From contig NC_047067.1 in assembly GCF_902459465.1 (NCBI RefSeq), forward strand, positions 4,092,001 to 4,156,000: a stretch of DNA of 64,000 bases, written 5' to 3'. The notes beneath the pieces were generated by a model, which had not been told where the DNA came from, made no database searches, and was given only the letters and a program-made list of their open reading frames with translations. Below are positions 60,917-64,000 of the stretch, piece by piece. Made by a program: the position numbers and the translations under genes. Numbering within the stretch: position 1 is the first letter of the stretch; each line of letters opens with the position of its first letter. This DNA is from Asterias rubens. Lineage: Eukaryota.

Positions 60917-61846
60917 TATGCAGTGGCCCATATGAGTGTATTAAGATAAAACATGGCCACTCCCAATCTGGGCAAAATATGCAGTGGCCCATATGAGTTT
61001 ATTAAGAGGAAACATGGCCAATCCCAATTTGGGCAAAATATGCAGTGGCCCATATAAGTGTATTAAGATAAAACATGGTCAATCCCATTCTGGGCAGAAT
61101 ATGCAGTGGCCCATATGAGTTAATTAAGAGGAAACATGGTCAATCCCATTCTGGGCAGAATATGCAGTGGCCCATATGAGTTTACTAGGAGGAAACATGG
61201 CAAATCCCATTCTGAGCAGAATATGCAGTGGCCCATATGAGTGTATTAAGAGGAAACATGGTCAATCCCAATCTGGGCAAAATATGCAGTGGCCCATATG
61301 AGTTTACTAAGATGAAATTTGGCAAATCTCATTTTGGGCAGAATATGCAGTGGCCCATATGAGTTAATTAAGAGGAACATGGTCAATCCCATTCTGGGCA
61401 GAATATGCAGTGGCCCATATGAGTTAATTAAGAGGAAACATGGCAAATCCCATTCTGGGCAGAATATGCAGTGGCCCATATGAGTTAATTAAGAGGAAAC
61501 ATGGCCAATCCCAATCTGGGCAGAATATGCAGTGGCCCATATGAGGTTTTTAACAGGAAACATGACCAATCCGAATCTGGGCAGAATATGCAGTGGCCCA
61601 TATGAGTTTATTAAGAGGAAACATGGCCAATCCCAGTCTGGGCAAAATATGCAGTGGCCCATATGAGTTTATTTAGGGGAAAAAATGGCCAATCCCAATC
61701 TAGGCAGAATATACAGTGACCCATATGGATATAAAGGAACAGATTGTCAATCCCAATCTGGGCAGAACATGCAATGTCCCTTTATGGGTATACAAAGGGG
61801 AAAACATGGCCAATCCCATTCTGTCTAGAATGTGAAGTGACCCATC
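60917..61846. repeat. 61-bp tandem minisatellite, about 15 copies
   Basis: Unit like TGCAGTGGCCCATATGAGTTTATTAAGAGGAAACATGGCCAATCCCAATCTGGGCAGAATA; period measured 60919 to 60980. Confidence 0.95.
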
Positions 61847-62817
61847 ATGGGTATTGTTATGGTCACATTTTGTACCATCTGTTTTATTTGTGTAATTTCT
61901 TATAGCCACATTATTGCCAAGCTGAACATTCTATGTTTAAATGTTCCTTTTGTGTCGATTGTTCTCGGCTACCTGAATTCCTAAGTTCTTTCATTACTTT
62001 AGCAAAGGGTCCAATTTGGTTTAATTCTATTGAGCGCATTTTAAGGCATTGTATGCCCACGCTACGGCCTACTTTTACTCTGAGCTCGGTATGGGACGCT
62101 GACCGGCCACACCAAGGGAACAGACGGCACTAAACTACCACTGGCATGTAATGCTCTTGCTGTGGGCTTGTCTGACGAGATGTCCCATGTGAAGGCTACC
62201 CACTACCCCGCTACGTGTGACTGTGTAATTTGCACTAATCTCGAGACCGGAGTTGTTTTAGCAGACGTCATTATGGTATTTCAATTTCTATTTTTACGTA
62301 ATATTCATTTTTTTATAGCAAGTCGGTTCGATTATTTTCTGTTACTGATTGTGATTTCCTTGATAAACAATTTTGTTTAGTGCTGGTTTTCCCTGTCTTC
62401 ATCATTAAGGCATTATCCACTGTGTAAGTTCTCTGTTAAAAATGTTGACCCCTTGTACCCAGCTATCCTACCGATCTCATCTGCACGTAATTCAACCCCC
62501 CCCCCCCCCACCACCACCCCCCCCCCCCCACCACCACAAAAAAGTATTTGTTTTGTGTGATAACTTTATGTTTATTATGTGTGTGTGTAGCTTTAGGATA
62601 CTTACTTTGGTTGTCAATTAAGAGTCAGTTCAGGTAAATAATTGACATACTTGCTCACGGTCAAAAAATTAATTTTTTGTATACTTTGTGGGTGGAAGGG
62701 CCTTGGGGTGCAAGTAAACAAAATTGCATTTTCAATTTCATATATAGCCCGTTGCCATGGTTACGGCTCATTTTGTTTTTTGGCCATTTTGGGCCGATTT
62801 TGGGGTCTGGAAAACTG

Positions 62818-62955
62818 GTTGGAAAAGTTTCCGTATGGCGCCACCACTTTTTTATTCGACATAAAATAATATAGTATCTAATTTACCTGATTGATATATC
62901 CCTTTTTGTAAAAATGAGTGAAAAAGTGGTGGCGCCATACGGAAAGTTATCCAAC
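62818..62955. mobile_element. Small inverted-repeat element
   Basis: TTTCCGTATGGCGCCACCACTTTTT / AAAAAGTGGTGGCGCCATACGGAAA. Confidence 0.6.
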
Positions 62956-63644
62956 TGGTTTTTAGCTCATTTTTACAACTCCACCCGACAAAAATGCTAA
63001 ATTATTTCAAAAAACCTAGTATATCACTACAAAGTATCATCCTTGGCCTTCCTTGAGAAAAACAATTATTGCTTTAAATATCACCCCTGTGCCATTTTTG
63101 CAACGTTTATTACAGTATGTTTTTAGAACTTGCAAAATCGCCATTTTTACCCTATTTTTGGACCCCGAAATGTCAACTTGCCAGGGGTCTCAGAAAATTT
63201 TCCTTTCGGCTGTGGTTAGCAACTGTAAGTGTAACCACGAAAAATACTTCTCACTTCCAAGCAATCATAACAATTGATATAAGGCTCAAATAGGGTAAAG
63301 ACACCGTGAAATGCAAAAAAGGAACAGTGACTCAAATTGTAGTTTGCCTCAAACAAAAAACAAGAAACAAATTTATTGATAAATCGATCAACAAATGCAA
63401 ACCTGTGGTTGAAATAAATAAATTAAATTGAGCAATAAACAATTAAAATACCTTCAGACTAATGGATATTGATGGTAGAAACTGCAAATAAAGAAAATAA
63501 AATGTGGAGTGTTTCCCTTGCACCTCCAGGTTGCTATATAAACATAGTGAGTAGTTGACCACGGATTTTGCAAAACCTGTTTATTACAAAACACTTTAAA
63601 CAATTTACAAACTAGGCGAGTGCTAGAAGGGTTACAGCTCGATG

Positions 63645-63910
63645 GTCCGAAGGTTCAATAGTCTGAAGGTTCGATAGTCCAAATTGACAATAAGGTCCGA
63701 TAGTCCGAATTGACAATAAGGTTTGATCGTCGATTCGGACTATCGGACCTTATTTTGACCAGTGAACCTTCGGATCAATGAACCTTCGGACTATCGTATC
63801 AAATGTATGGGTTAATGAAACCTACTTCATTTTGGGACTAATGAACCCCCTGTTATGGGAAATTTGTGTGTTCGGACAATCGAACCTTCGGACTAATGGA
63901 CCTTCGGGTG
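63645..63910. repeat. Mirror-arranged short repeats (GGTTCGATAGTCCGA / TCGGACTATCGAACC), probable non-autonomous DNA transposon
   Basis: Left half has GAAGGT.C.ATAGTC units; right half has the reverse-complement GAACCTTCGGA units. Confidence 0.5.
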
Positions 63911-64000
63911 GACACCGGTAGAAGACCGTAAAGAAATGTAAACAGTGGTGGATAGGGGAAAACTAACTTGAATGAACATTTTAAATGGGTTTTCTACCTA

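Overview
AT-rich animal genomic DNA, probably a sea star (inferred from repeat content and gene type), with no prokaryotic features. The ORF track is largely misleading because the real coding sequence is split into tiny exons. Reading GT-AG junctions by hand gives one apparently complete + strand gene (gene B, ATG 16095, stop split across 58320-58321/59335). It has 76 coding exons and about 2,230 codons, encoding: a signal peptide; 13 EGF exons (one LINE-disrupted) interleaved with 22 Ser/His/Asp/Pro-rich linkers of about 42 aa, each built from a phase 1-2 plus phase 2-1 exon pair; 6 divergent EGF modules; a 15-nt micro-exon; and three FAMeT-like (Methyltransf_FA) domains. The first 9.6 kb hold the 3' end of a tandem paralogue (gene A) with the same micro-exon, six FAMeT exons and split stop codon. 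The 20.9-45.1 kb core is a higher-order tandem array (units of about 2.3-3.2 kb, introns included). A 5'-truncated L2-clade LINE has separated one EGF exon from its splice donor. Introns and flanks contain many MITEs, tRNA-derived SINEs (one sharing its 3' tail with the LINE), a Penelope-type minimal hammerhead ribozyme, and 13-, 27-, 31- and 61-bp minisatellites. The best candidate for an undescribed system is this duplicated family of giant, modular, secreted EGF-linker-FAMeT proteins, possibly adhesive, mucus or matrix components. That function is inference; the gene models are manual and lack transcript support.
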